Source: Eledone cirrhosa (lineage: Eukaryota). Taken from it: a DNA stretch of 64,000 bases. Under the pieces are notes generated by a model. The model made no database searches, was not told the DNA's origin, and saw nothing but the letters and a program-made list of their open reading frames with translations. The position numbers and the translations under genes are program-made. The stretch lies in assembly GCA_964016885.1 (NCBI GenBank), contig OZ024742.1, forward strand, positions 130,758,001 through 130,822,000, read 5' to 3'. This document shows, piece by piece, positions 38,761 to 51,444 of this stretch (positions within the stretch are counted from its first letter, which is position 1; each line of letters begins with the position of its first letter).

Positions 38761-40720
38761 TAACATTTATCATATATTTTCTAAATCTATCCATGGTGTA
38801 GCCATATTGTATGAGACTGCCAGTCTATCATCCCTTTACAAACCTGAGACGTGTGAGGAGTTTTGTTTCTGTGGATCAAATATATTTTAAACAACTCCCT
38901 ACTATCTTATTAAAACGGTTCGATGCTTCAGAAAATGTAGACCCAGATAGACAAGATGGAACGGTTATGGCTAAAATGTTATTAATCATTGGACTCCCCA
39001 GGGTTAGACAAGTCTTTCTTTTTTTATGTTTTTTTTAAATGATCGACAAGTTCCCAGACCTCATTCGCTTACAGAGTGGGGGTACAATTCGTGAAATCAG
39101 ACCAAGGAAACAATGTTTCCATTGGCCTTTTCACTGCTGATAATATTTTCCGCTCTCAATTCTTGAGAGAAAGAGTAACGTGGACTAAAGTATCTTGCTC
39201 AAGGACATAACGCATCACCCGATCCGGGAATCCAACTCGCAGCCTACGATTGCGAATCCAATGTTCTAACCACTGAGCCACGCGCCTTCACAAGTCAAGT
39301 CTAGTCTATGCTAAACAAGAATAACATCACTTTACTGTGACAGTAAGACAACTCAGTATATGCACTATTTGAACTCACAACAATGAGGTACCAAATATTA
39401 CGAAAGTGTAAAGCATACAGTATAACTAGTAAATGTCTGCTTAAACAATGGACATGGCTAGAATTTCCCCAATTCTCTGTTTGTCATGTCCTCTGTTTGC
39501 AGTGGCAAGCACACATTCCAAGGTTACCAAACCGAATAAGAACTTTTCTTAACAAACAGCTGCCGTCTCATTTCCTGTTTTTCTTCAACTATTCTCTTTC
39601 TTTCTTTCTTTCCAGCTCCTCTCCATATCTCTTCATGCTGAAATTTTACACACGCCACAATATCCCTTCCAATCTAGGTAAGTGTATATGATAGCGTTGT
39701 TACTCATATTCGTATTGCTGGTGTTTTTGTTATTGTAGTTTAGTGGTGGTGGTGGTGCTGGTTGTGATAATGGCGTCTGCAGTAGATATGAATGACAGGT
39801 GTATAGTGGTGATGTTTACACGCACACAAACATACGAACGAACACACAAACATTCACATATATACAACGATGACAACGTCAAGAACGGCGTTGATGATGA
39901 TGATTTAAGAATACAAAGACACAAACAGACTTACAGACATGAACACATTGGTAGGCAGCCAGCCAGAAGAAACAATGAAATAGAAAGATAGGGAATGGAC
40001 AAAAGTCGACATGGCTGTGTGGTTAAAGAGTTCGCTTCGCAACAACGTAGTTTCGGATTCGTTCGGGCGTCGGATTAAATGCCTCAGTATTTATTCCGAT
40101 TTGCTGCATTCAGGATTGAAGTACCAGTCCTCTTTATCTCCTTTTCACTTTCATTCTCTTGCTCTCTCTTTCTCATTCTCTGGAAGAAATTGGTTGCCAG
40201 GTCCAGAGTGCCGTGTGCCAGAATGGCGCTGCAACTCATTCAGATGATAAGGGCCTTTTCCTTCCTCCATTTTGGGCTACTGCATGGCATATTGGGTATA
40301 GGAGAAAATCGTACGTGTACGTGTTATTGCTACAGTTGTTTTAATCGTTAACCATGTCATTAAATTTGTTTAAAATGATATCTATTATTATCTTTTTGTC
40401 AGAGAATGATTATTTGTTTCGTGTGAAATAACTATATTTTGCCGAGGAATTGAATTTGGTTTCTCATCCCCAGTCATTTTACCGTATGTAAAAATATATT
40501 TTGAATTCACAGGAAAACATTCCTGGTGGCGGTGGTTGAGGCGATTGAGATTTGTTTGGTTACGACTGGAGAAAACATTTTTATGTTCGCAAATTAAAAT
40601 CTTCACCAATGAAAGGCTATCTTAGGAAGTACTTGTGTCACGCTGACTTTGGTCAATCTCTTGTCACACTATGATGGCACGAAGACCACGTCCTTTTTCA
40701 TTAAATTTGAGAGGGAGGGC

Positions 40721-40983
40721 GATTTCACCTCCCCCAAGGTGGCAAATCTCACTTAACCGTAGCACATCTCTTCCTCCGATTAAGTGTGATTTCACCTCCT
40801 CCAAGGTGGCAAATCTCACTTAACCGTAGCACATCTCTTCCTCCGATTAAGTGTGATTTCACCTCCTCCAAGGTGGCAAATCTCACTTAACCGTAGCACA
40901 TCTCTTCCTCCGATTAAGTGTGATTTCACCTCCTCCAAGGTGGCAAATCTCACTTAACCGTAGCACATCTCTTCCTCCGGTTA
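40721..40983. repeat. 67-bp tandem repeat, ~3.9 copies
   Basis: Units start at 40721, 40788, 40855, 40922. Confidence 0.97.
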
Positions 40984-41749
40984 TGTATTTTCTGCTCCCA
41001 CATACACCCAAGGTTCTTTTGAATGCTAAATTTCGAACTTTCGAGTGTATGTAACAGTGAGGAAACGTGTTTCCACAATTACGTTTTGTGGAGTCTGGAG
41101 GGCGATTCTCTAGCCGTTCTTTTTAACTATGGTCCTGGTTATTCTTTACCAGGTCTTCATCGTATGGTATCTTTTCCAAAATGTTGGGCAGCCTCCCACA
41201 AACAACATGCTTATTGGCCGAGTGGCTAGTTGGTTGGATCGTTTGCTAAGTGGTTGGCTACTTAAACAGCTTGCATTTCAACTGGCTGGCTTGTTGTCTA
41301 AACGGTTTGCTAGTAAGCCGGCTAGGTGGCTGGTTAGCTGACTGGCTGGTAGTGAGGGTAAATCGTTCTCCGTAAAATTAGCGCTGTTTGAGGTGTTGCT
41401 GGCGGTGGCGACGGCGGCGGGCGTGTCTGTGGTGGTGGTGATGGTGGTGATGACTTTGGTAATATTCATCTCTGGATCTGGCTATTGTTTGAGTTGTTGT
41501 CGACGGCTTGTGGATGTTCTTTTTTGTGGATGTGGGGGAGGAGGAATGCATCTCTTTCTACTTTAAATTTTAGGGGTGTGATTTGTAATTACATTTACAA
41601 TATTTGGGTTAAAATCCCAAATATTATGGAGTCACCTTATTTGAGGGGAAACTATGGCACCCTATTTACATAGTAACAAAAGTTTAAGCAAGAAACGTTT
41701 TAAAAACAAATTAGAAACAACAAACCTACAAGAACAGACACGTAGAGAG

Positions 41750-42378
41750 GAAAGTCGATTACTGGTACTTTATTTTATCGACCCCGTAAGGATGAAAGGC
41801 AAAGCTAACCTTGGTGGGATTTGAACTCAGTACATAAAGGGCCATAACTCTATGTCGTAAAGCATGTTGTTTGACGCTCTACCGACCCTACCAAACCACG
41901 ACTCTAAGGAACGATAGTAATAATAATAATTGTTTCTACTTTAGGCACAAGGCCAGCAATTTGAAGGGGAGGGTAAAGTCGATGAAATCGACTCCAGTAC
42001 ATTATTTTATCGACTCCGTAAGGATGAAAGTCAAAGCTAACCTCGGCGAGATTTAATTCACAACACAAAGGGCCACAACTCTATGCTGCAGAACATGGTG
42101 TCCAATGCTCTACCGATATTGCCAATCCACCGCCCTTAATTATAATAGTAATGATTTCTAACATAGGCACAAGACCAGTAATTGGGGGGGGGGGGGGAAG
42201 TAGCTTAAATCGACTCAGTACATTACTGGTGCTTTATTTCATCGATCCCGTAAGGATAAAATGCAAAGATAACCTCCGTGGGATTTGAACTCAGAACACA
42301 AAGGGCCATAAGTCTATGCGGCAGAACATGCTGTCCAACTCTCTACCGATACTGCCAATCCACGCCCTTAATAATAAT
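41750..42378 (-). mobile_element. Three head-to-tail S1 SINEs
   Basis: Repeated S1 reverse complement separated by short (AAT)n spacers. Confidence 0.9.
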
Positions 42379-42439
42379 GATAATAGTAATAACAACAAAA
42401 ATAGTAGTAGTAGTAACGATAGAAAGAGTTGATATGATA

Positions 42440-42880
42440 GGAAATAATGGGTTACAATTACCAGATAAGGAAGTCATAAAACAGGTGACACAGGCTTTTA
42501 ATACTTAGGTTTGTGAGAGTTAGATATAATAAAATAAAATAGCACGAAGGACAAATTTAGAAAGGAATATTACAAAGTGTCGAAATTAGTGCTTAAATCT
42601 AAGCTAAATGGGAATAACAAGACTCTGACCATTAACACAAGTGCCATATCTCTTTTCAGATATATAAGCGATTGTAAAGCGGAATTAAAAAGATTAGGTC
42701 AGTCGAGGTATGAAGATTTGAAGTAGTGACGATAAATGGAGATTACTTTGCAAAAGTGACATTAATAGGATAGGATATATGCACCCCACATAAAAGGTTT
42801 GCTAGAATTAATTGGTTGAGAATGAAGAATATATACAGGGTAAGTGAAAAGAGAATAGTATGGTGACTAAGAAATATGGT
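42440..42880 (+). pseudogene. Old R4/Dong-type LINE relic
   Basis: RKEYYKVSKLVLKSKLNGNNKTLTINTSAISLFRY resembles the post-RT region of the other R4 copies here. Confidence 0.65.
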
Positions 42881-43384
42881 GAGTTTGTTGCTGTTGTTTA
42901 ATCCCAGCTCAGCTCTATTCGACCAGAGATAAGATCAAAGGCATTCTAGCAGTGAACGTTGCTCTATTTTATTCTGGTATAATGCATCTAAGACTGTATT
43001 GTTCAATATGTGCTTTCATTTTTAAGACACATAAGGCGGTGGTGTAGGTGGAGTAATGTAAAGAGAAACTGAGCTACCATTTCTAGCTGGTCGAAACAAA
43101 AAAAGAGCAGAGAGTTCCTCATTGGTTTGTGAGCTTCTCATTGCTTTGTGTGTTCCCTCCCCGCTTCCGACGTGCTATTTTGTTGACTAATCTTGATGTT
43201 ATGCATTATTCAAAGTTCTCTAGCATTCTATTTAAGACGATAGAGTGAGACTTCAAGAACATTTAGACGGTAATTCTAGCAGATTCCAATACAATTTAAT
43301 CAGGGACGCGTAAGGATGGTTGAAATGGATAACATTAGAGAATGTATTGCATCAGATTTTATGACAATATACACACACACACAC

Positions 43385-43435
<51 letters not shown>

Positions 43436-43524
43436 GTGATACACATTATCTATCTATCTATCTCTCCCTACATAAACATACCCCCCCCCCCCATACACAC
43501 ACTTGTGTGTGTATATATATATAA

Positions 43525-43722
43525 ATCAGGGTTTTACAATTTCTAAACTAGTAAGACCATTATTCAGCAGAGTACTCGCTACTTGAGATAGTAGAGTGTG
43601 ACTATATTAGAGAGAGTCGGGGCCCGGTGGCTGAGCTCTTGGTGTTTGTACAGTTAATTTCAGTCTGGAATTAGTAGTCAAAATGGGAAGAGCTCAGCTG
43701 CTGGGCCCCGACTCTGTATAAT
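43525..43722. mobile_element. Diverged relative of fold-back family A
   Basis: Arms gagtcggggcccggtggctgagctctt / aagagctcagctgctgggccccgactc; tail shares cagagtactc..gtagagtg with family A. Confidence 0.7.
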
Positions 43723-44159
43723 ATAATATAATATAATATAATATAATATAATATAATATAATATAATATAATATAATTGTTTCTACTTTTGGCACAAGGC
43801 CAGCAATTATCTCAATGTATTACTACTACTTTATTTTATCGACCCCGTAAGGATGCAAGGCAATAAAGGGCCGTAACTCTTTGCTGCAAAGCATGGCGTC
43901 AGATCCTCTACCGATACTGATATAATATGATATAACGTAATAAATATGATATAACATAATATTATATTATATATAGGTTATTACGTGAGTAACTTGTTAC
44001 TAGCAGCGACGCTGGTCGAAGCACTCGATGCTGTTATGGGCTCCATCTCTCGTTGGGTTGTACTCCAGTTTTAAGGCGGCTGTATATATAGAGTAACAAT
44101 AAGAATTGCAGCTGCAATACTTATTGTCAGTATCTATTTATCTATATAACTATCCATCT

Positions 44160-44297
<138 letters not shown>

Positions 44298-44356
44298 AAT
44301 CAAGAAAGAAGGGTGACATGGTTTGCTATACAGTAAGGGCTTTATTCACATTGCTT

Positions 44357-44464
44357 TGCTGACAATTGTTTCTCTGAACTGGTAGGTCTAGAGATCGCTA
44401 CCCGCCTGTTTTTGCGTCAATCGATCACCAATACTTTGTTATAACCAGTCAATTCATCAGAGCA
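44357..44464 (-). ncRNA. Type I HHR with long stem II
   Basis: tgct CTGATGA attgactggt...accagttcaga GAAA caattg TC agca; palindromic stem III ACAATTGT. Confidence 0.82.
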
Positions 44465-45132
44465 TGCGAGAATGAAGGGAATACACAGGCATGGCTTCTA
44501 TATATAGTAGTGGCATTCAATCAGAACAATAATAACAATACTAATAATACTAGCAATACTACAATAAATTAGCTAGACCGTAAATATTTAAAATAATCAC
44601 AACATCAATCTAAGTAAGACATAGAGTATACTGATGACTTTAGCATGTAAAACGAGCTGATATGAAGCAGATGTATGAAATTGACATGTAAAAGCTGTCA
44701 TGGGCTGTATTATATATAGTGTAGAGATAACCTGGGGCTTGAAACAATGGACCATTTACTTTACTGTAGGTTTGCTGACCGTAAGAATTATTTATTATCT
44801 GACAGATAAAGTATTTTCATTGTAGTGAGGATGGTAATTTTTATGTGGTGTAAAGCGGATTCATTATTTAAGTGGTCTATATCAGATGAAGGGATTGTTA
44901 GTTCGAATCATGGGGTTGTTTAGCTTTCACAGCATCAATAACAAATCATGCATGGATAAGACAACAATAATAATAATAACAGCAATATAGTAAGTAAGTT
45001 AATACAGAGGTTAAGATGCAAGGTATATATATAGTGAGAACATAATGACTACAATTACAGATACATTGGGGTGATCATTATAGCAACAGGAGGAAGGTGA
45101 TATTTCAAGGACTGTGGTAGTAGTCAAATAAT

Positions 45133-45317
45133 TGTTTCTACTTTAGGCACAAGGCCAGCAATTACCCAGTGCCTTACTGGTACTTTATTTTATCGACCCC
45201 GTAAGGATGAAAGGCAAAGTCAACCTCGGCGGGACTTGAACTCAGATCGTAAAGGGACGTAACTATGCTGGAAAGCATGGCGTCCGACCCTCTACCGATA
45301 CTGCCAATCCACCGCCC
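45133..45317 (-). mobile_element. SINE S1 with 18-bp TSD
   Basis: TSD tggtagtagtcaaataat at 45115-45132 and 45320-45337. Confidence 0.95.
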
Positions 45318-46453
45318 TTTGGTAGTAGTCAAATAATGTACTTAGAATTAAGTTCATCTGTTGAGAATCAAGAGTGAGGAAGTTGTGTTGACAGCAGCCG
45401 AGAAGAGATATATTTATGGGTTGATAAGATATTTGCAGACATTACTGTGGTATAGAATTAAGGAGGCTAGATGCTGCTTAAAGAATATTATAGTTCTGTG
45501 GTGGTCTGTGTGAGAGTGCGGATTTCATATGTTGAATGCTAAGTTATGTTGGTTCGAACCACGGTGATTAAATCTTGTGAATTTAGTAGCGATCCTGTGT
45601 CTGCAGAAAATCACCACGTTCTCGCAGCATCACTATGGAAACGTCTTGTTGAGTCAAACTTAGCCAAGCGTTAATACTATCCAGTACTCGGAGTACCATA
45701 ACTGGAATACATCTAAGTGGACTACCTATAACAATAATTTGTTATCCCGTGTATATATATATATAAAGAAATAGATAGATAGTTATATATATATATATAT
45801 GTACAACATTTAGTACAGCATAATCGAAGCTCTGGCTGCAGCGAAGCTAACGAATGCAATCGGGGTGTGCAGCTAAGCACTCAATAAGGTATTTTACCTT
45901 AGAGTTATAACATTACGTTTAGACAGCTTTGCAAATTGAAGACAGCGACCGATAAGCGAGCCGCAGTGACCAAAGCGACGAAAAAAACTGAACTCAGGAA
46001 AATATGACAAACCTGGACCGTCGCGTTGATACCATACATAATATATAACACATAATATATAACATATAATATATATCACATATAATATATAATAATACCG
46101 CTAGGTTTCTGTAAATCCGAAATCGACAAAATCCACTTGCAGGGACCTGCAAGTTATTGATTTTGGAAGATAGAACAGTGGAATTTACTTCGTCGACAAG
46201 TTTTCGTTCTAGTCCGCCCGGTTGTGATTAAATAGCAGTAAACACGGCTAGTAGTCACATCGTTTTCCCGAAGGGAGGTAACCCCGGTTTTGGCGGTCAA
46301 ATTCAAAATTTGAACAAAGGAATAAATTCCTTTACACAAACCGAATAAAGCACTCAACTAGATGTTATTAAACAAACATAAATAATTAACCAATCAATAG
46401 AATTGCCTAATTAAATTAATCAATTAATCATTAAGTCTAATAATAATAATAAT

Positions 46454-46486
<33 letters not shown>

Positions 46487-46493
<7 letters not shown>

Positions 46494-46974
46494 GGAGACT
46501 CAAATGAGGATTTGTTTAGAAACAGCAAGCGAATTTGAAGATTAGGTAGTAACATGTGCTTACGCCGTATTTGACTAAATAGAATTAGTCTGTTAGTTGG
46601 GATTTAAAAAAAACCCTTTGAAAGGAAAAAAGAATGAGTATTGACGTACATGGGACACGAACCCACATATTTGGTTTGCTGGAAAATGTGTTACCATTAC
46701 TCCAACACGACACAATGCTTCCTTCCATTCAATTAGAAGCTATAAAACCATAGCAAGTATATATATATATATATGTATATAAATAGGGAGACACAATCAA
46801 GCTTTGTTTAGAAACGGCTATAATGGTAGCCATTGGTCCGGCAAACCAAAGATGTGGGTTCGTATCCCATGTACGCCAATACTCATTCTTTTTCCATTTC
46901 GAGGTTTTTTTAAAAAATCCCAAATAACAGGCTAACTATATTTAGTCAAATACAGCGTAAACACATGTTACTAC

Positions 46975-46980
<6 letters not shown>
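46487..46980. mobile_element. Two adjacent copies of a tRNA-containing element with PLE-type tail architecture
   Basis: ~46541-46700 is the diverged inverse of ~46821-46979; both inserts begin ataaatagggagac after (TA)n. Confidence 0.75.
46642..46711 (-). tRNA. tRNA-like sequence (Ala-like anticodon loop), degenerate; partial second copy at 46821-46878 (+)
   Basis: tggagtaatggta A box, gggttcgtRtccc T arm, ttggt/accaa anticodon stem (intact in second copy) with ccRgcaa loop, gtacgYca 3' end, T-run downstream. Confidence 0.6.
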
Positions 46981-47037
<57 letters not shown>

Positions 47038-48190
47038 ATAATAATAAAATTGAAGACTAAAATCCAAAGAGGGCTCGATAAGGAAAATATATATCAAATA
47101 TATAATAACCGTAGAGCAAATATTTATTAAAATAACAGATTAAAGTTTAAGCAAAGAATCGCTGCTTTCACCCTTAACGGGATCTTCTGAAACTAACAAA
47201 GTCAATCTGTAAACGCAGAACTGGATATTTCAAAAAACGTTGCAACCGGAGGAAGACAGGAAGACGATACTTTGGTTCGTGGAAACGTTCGCTGGCAAAG
47301 AACGGGAAAAAACGAATAATACGTCATTAATAGGAGCGGTGAAAAACAATTACGCGCAAAGACAAAACCACGTATATGGTAGAAAAGAGGTCGTAGACTA
47401 ATGTTCTCTTAGGTGGTGCATAGAGACGTTCTCTGGCAATGAACGAAAAAACGAAGATAATAAGTCATATGTGGAGCGTGGAGAACAAAAGCACGCAAAG
47501 ACAAAACCACGTAAATGGTATAGCAGAAGTCGTAGACTAAGATTCTAACTAGGAGACCAAGTGAATCTCCGCTACAGAGTTAAGAACAAAGTAAATAAAT
47601 ACAATACAGAAGAAATAGAAACAAATAAATACATACACGCAAACAGATATGTACATACACAAGCATACGCAAAACCTTACCATAGGTATACAAAACCACG
47701 CACATATAAATATGTGTGTGTGTGTATGCTTGTGTACAAATAAATAAATAATTATATAAACGTATATAACAAGCGCACACACATACCTACATATAAATAC
47801 ACGAATGTTCAGAGACGTAAGTCAACTAAAACAAGAAGTACACATATACACACACCCACCATACGTACGAACCTGCATACTCACTCGGACGCAAAACTCC
47901 CGTATACACATAGCCAAACCCTAAATACCAGAATATGTAAAAATGATACGCCATAACAGTCAAATATACGTACGAGAAGGTATACATACCTTCACAAAAC
48001 ATATGGGTAATATATACTTACCTATGCAAATAAGTAAAGGAATAAACAAAACATATACTTAGCTCCCACATCAAGACGTAAAATATCCACGTATAGATCG
48101 TGCTATCCGTTAGGGTATAACGTGGGGCTGTAATACAGGAAAGTTTTGTGCAATTTATGTTTACAAGCCGAAATTGCCTCAGATTTTTTG

Positions 48191-49717
48191 AAGTCCGATT
48201 TAGGTAGACTTAGTAAAACGATTCTTGATAGAATTATACCTGATATTAGAAGTTTGGCCCCTCTCGCACTGTGGAACAATTCTTTCGCGGTGATTGATTG
48301 GTTCAACGGCATATGTAACAAGGAACATTGCCGTTTTATCCAATTCGACATCAACAATTACTACTCCTCCATCACTTTACCACTTCTCCTTAGAGCTATC
48401 AATTTCGCTAAAACACTCACAGTGGTTAAGGATTTTGAAGTTGATGTCATCCTTAATGCCCGAAAGTCGGTGATTAATTTCGACGACTCTATTTGGATTA
48501 AAAAATCCTATAGTACCCCATTCGACGTGAGTATGGGCGCCAGTGACTCTGCGGAGGTTACTGATCTTATTGGCCTTTTCCTTCTTTTCTCTATCAAGGA
48601 CGAATTCCCCAACGCGGGCGGTGGTTTGTACCGTGACGATGGTCTTTTGACCATGACTAAGTGCGGACCTCGTGCTTGCGACAGGTTCAGAAAAGAACTC
48701 ACAGCCTTCTTTAAAGGCTTCAACCTCTCTATACAGGTTGAGGCCAATCTCTCGGTCGTTAATTACCTCGACGTTACCCTCAATTTATTGAATGGGTTGC
48801 ATTACCCGTATAGAAAGCCGAATGATACGCTTAATTACATAAGTAAGCATTCCAACCATCCTGCCAGCATAACCAAGAACCTGGTAAGAAACGTTTCGTT
48901 GAGGCTTTCCCGTCTTTCCACCAACGAGCGCATTTTCAACGACCATTCCACTTATTACAATGAAGCTCTTGCTCGAAGTGGATTTGTCGATAAGGTAGCA
49001 TATACAGAGTATGAAAATAGACCTAGAAGAAATAGATCCTGTCGCATTTGTTGGTTTAACCCACCATATAATATGGAGGTGGCCACACCATTAGCTAAGA
49101 TCTTTCTTTCCCTTATTACGAAGCATTTTCCCCCTACACATAAATATAGTAAAATTTTTAATAGAAATACTATTAAAATTTCTTACTCTACGACTCCTAA
49201 CCTTGTACATAACATCACAGCTTCAAATTTAGCTAAACTACCTAGCCGTAGGAACACGTGCAACCCTGTAGTTAGTACAAACTGTAGGAATCGGGCTGAT
49301 TGCCCCCTATCCGGGAAATGCCTCTCTAGTAACATTGTCTACAAATGTAAGGTTGTAACACCCACGTCCCGTAGGGCCTACATAGGGTTAACCGCCAATA
49401 GTTTCAAGCAGCGTCTTTACATGCATACCCATTCTTTTCGTTGCCCTCTGAGAAGGAATATGACGTCACTTTCAGCTTATATCTGGAGTCTAAAAGACAA
49501 CCACACCCAATATAAGTTACACTGGGAGATCCTAGCTAGGGCTAGATCGTATAACGGAAATAAAAGACCATGTGACCTCTGCGCCGCTGAGGCCCTGGAA
49601 ATACTCTACGCCACAGACCACATCTTAAACAAAAAATCTGAGGCAATTTCGGCTTGTAAACATAAATTGCACAAAACTTTCCTGTATTACAGCCCCACGT
49701 TATACCCTAACGGATAG
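48191..49717 (+). CDS. PLE RT + GIY-YIG endonuclease, 5'-truncated but uninterrupted
   Basis: FIQFDINNYYSSI, FDVSMGASDSAEVTDLIG, LYRDD, YLDVTL, SNHP, WFNPPY, CRNRADCPLSGKC, IVYKC..AYIG, CDLC; the first ~15 aa of the listed 523-aa ORF come from the inverted arm. Confidence 0.95.
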   Translation, partial: KSDLGRLSKTILDRIIPDIRSLAPLALWNNSFAVIDWFNGICNKEHCRFIQFDINNYYSSITLPLLLRAINFAKTLTVVKDFEVDVILNARKSVINFDDSIWIKKSYSTPFDVSMGASDSAEVTDLIGLFLLFSIKDEFPNAGGGLYRDDGLLTMTKCGPRACDRFRKELTAFFKGFNLSIQVEANLSVVNYLDVTLNLLNGLHYPYRKPNDTLNYISKHSNHPASITKNLVRNVSLRLSRLSTNERIFNDHSTYYNEALARSGFVDKVAYTEYENRPRRNRSCRICWFNPPYNMEVATPLAKIFLSLITKHFPPTHKYSKIFNRNTIKISYSTTPNLVHNITASNLAKLPSRRNTCNPVVSTNCRNRADCPLSGKCLSSNIVYKCKVVTPTSRRAYIGLTANSFKQRLYMHTHSFRCPLRRNMTSLSAYIWSLKDNHTQYKLHWEILARARSYNGNKRPCDLCAAEALEILYATDHILNKKSEAISACKHKLHKTFLYYSPTLYPNG

Positions 49718-50607
49718 CACGATCTATACGTGGATATTTTACGTCTTGATGTGGGAGCTAAGTATATGTTTTGTTTATTCCTTTACTTATTTGCATAGGT
49801 AAGTATATATTACCCATATGTTTTGTGAAGGTATGTATGCCTTCTCGTACGTATATTTGACTGTTAAGGCGTATCATTTTTACATATTCTAGTATTTAGG
49901 GTTTGGCTATGTGTATACGGGAGTTTTGCGTCCGAGTGAGTATGCAGGTTCGTACGTATGGTGGGTGTGTGTATATGTGTACTTCTTGTTTTAGTTGACT
50001 TACGTCTCCGAACATTCGTGTATTTATATGTAGGTATATGTGTGCGCTTGTTATATACGTTTATATAATTATTTATTTATTTGTACACAAGCATACACAC
50101 ACACATATTTATATGTGCGTGGTTTTGTATACCTATGGTAAGGTTTTGCGTATGCTTGTGTATGTACATATCTGTTTGCGTGTATGTATTTATTTGTTTC
50201 TATTTCTTCTGTATTGTATTTATTTACTTTGTTCTTAACTCTGTAGCGGAGATTCACTTGGTCTCCTAGTTAGAATCTTAGTCTACGACTTCTGCTATAC
50301 CATTTACGTGGTTTTGTCTTTGCGTGCTTTTGTTCTCCACGTTCCACATATGACTTATTATCTTCGTTTTTTCGTTCATTGCCAGAGAACGTCTCTATGC
50401 ACCACCTAAGAGAACATTAGTCTACGACCTCTTTTCTACCATATACGTGGTTTTGTCTTTGCGCGTAATTGTTTTTCACCGCTCCTATTAATGACGTATT
50501 ATTCGTTTTTTCCCGTTCTTTGCCAGCGAACGTTACCACGAACCAAAGTATCGTCTTCCTGTCTTCCTCCGGCTGCAACGTTTTTTGAAATATCCAGTTC
50601 TGCGTTT

Positions 50608-50683
50608 ACAGATTGACTTTGTTAGTTTCAGAAGATCCCGTTAAGGGTGAAAGCAGCGATTCTTTGCTTAAACTTTAATCTGT
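50608..50683 (+). ncRNA. Extended HHR-like fold with CAGAAGA core (mirror at ~47135-47210, minus)
   Basis: acagattga..agttt CAGAAGA t-ccc-gttaa-ggg-t GAAA gca..tgc TT aaact-ttaatctgt. Confidence 0.72.
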
Positions 50684-50690
50684 TATTTTA

Positions 50691-50735
<45 letters not shown>

Positions 50736-50819
50736 AAAGATAAACAGAAATAACAACACAATCGGTACAGTATATGGAAGGGATATATTAGGTTAACGTT
50801 TGATATAGCAGGAAGATGG

Positions 50820-50855
50820 TCTCAACGTTTCGGACGCTAGTCCTTCATCAGAAGA
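50820..50855 (-). ncRNA. Minimal type I HHR within a ~200-bp insert in (TA)n (50733-50940)
   Basis: tctt CTGATGA a-gga-ctagcg-tcc GAAAC GTT gaga. Confidence 0.82.
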
Positions 50856-50938
50856 AATAATGAGAAATAAGATAGATTGAGGGGACGGGCGGGCTGGAAT
50901 TGGAAAGCGTATCTTTCCATTCATGTTGACATCTCTTG

Positions 50939-50984
<46 letters not shown>

Positions 50985-50986
<2 letters not shown>

Positions 50987-51180
50987 GAAAAAGTATGACT
51001 CCGACGGCAGACCTCAAGCCGTTTCGACGGCTATTTCTGGAGTCCAGAAATAGCCGTCGAAACGGCTTCAGCTGTGCCGTCGGGGTCATACTGTTTCCTA
51101 TTTCCCACTCTACCACCCTAAGTATTGAGTACTCTGGTGCGTTATGGTCCATCTGGTTCCTTACCACAATTCCTTTGTTT
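50985..51180. mobile_element. Fold-back PLE-type element, family A
   Basis: Palindrome centred at tttctgga-g-tccagaaa; tail to the right. Confidence 0.87.
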
Positions 51181-51241
51181 TTTATATATATATATATATA
51201 TATAATATAAGATCAAAAGATGGTTAAAGGAGTTCCATATA

Positions 51242-51308
51242 TTTTATTATGCGCATTTCAAAAACAAACATCATCAAGCAATAATATTTGTGTTTTCATC
51301 AGATAAAA
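51242..51308 (-). ncRNA. Minimal type I HHR in a family C-related insert (51210-51447)
   Basis: ttttat CTGATGA aaacacaaat..atgtttgttttt GAAA tgcgc ATA ataaaa; right end gagtgctt...ctac resembles the 16107-16195 tail. Confidence 0.85.
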
Positions 51309-51444
51309 CAGGGGAACATGATATGAAGGCTAAAAAACACTTGTTGATAGTGCAGTTTTAAATCAACATATGTCCCACAAACTGTAGAGTGCTTCTTATC
51401 CGATATCTGCATTGCTTTATTGTACTACAATAAAACTCACCTCC

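Larger units (their letters stand above)
47040..50697 (+). mobile_element. Young PLE (family B) with ~1.07-kb inverted arms and left tail
   Basis: ~47120-48190 is the near-identical inverse of ~49630-50697; (TA)n on both sides. Confidence 0.96.

Noticed and set aside
47040-50697. DNA transposon with long TIRs
   Set aside because: Arms are the 3' end of the RT/GIY-YIG unit itself and are asymmetric; no transposase.
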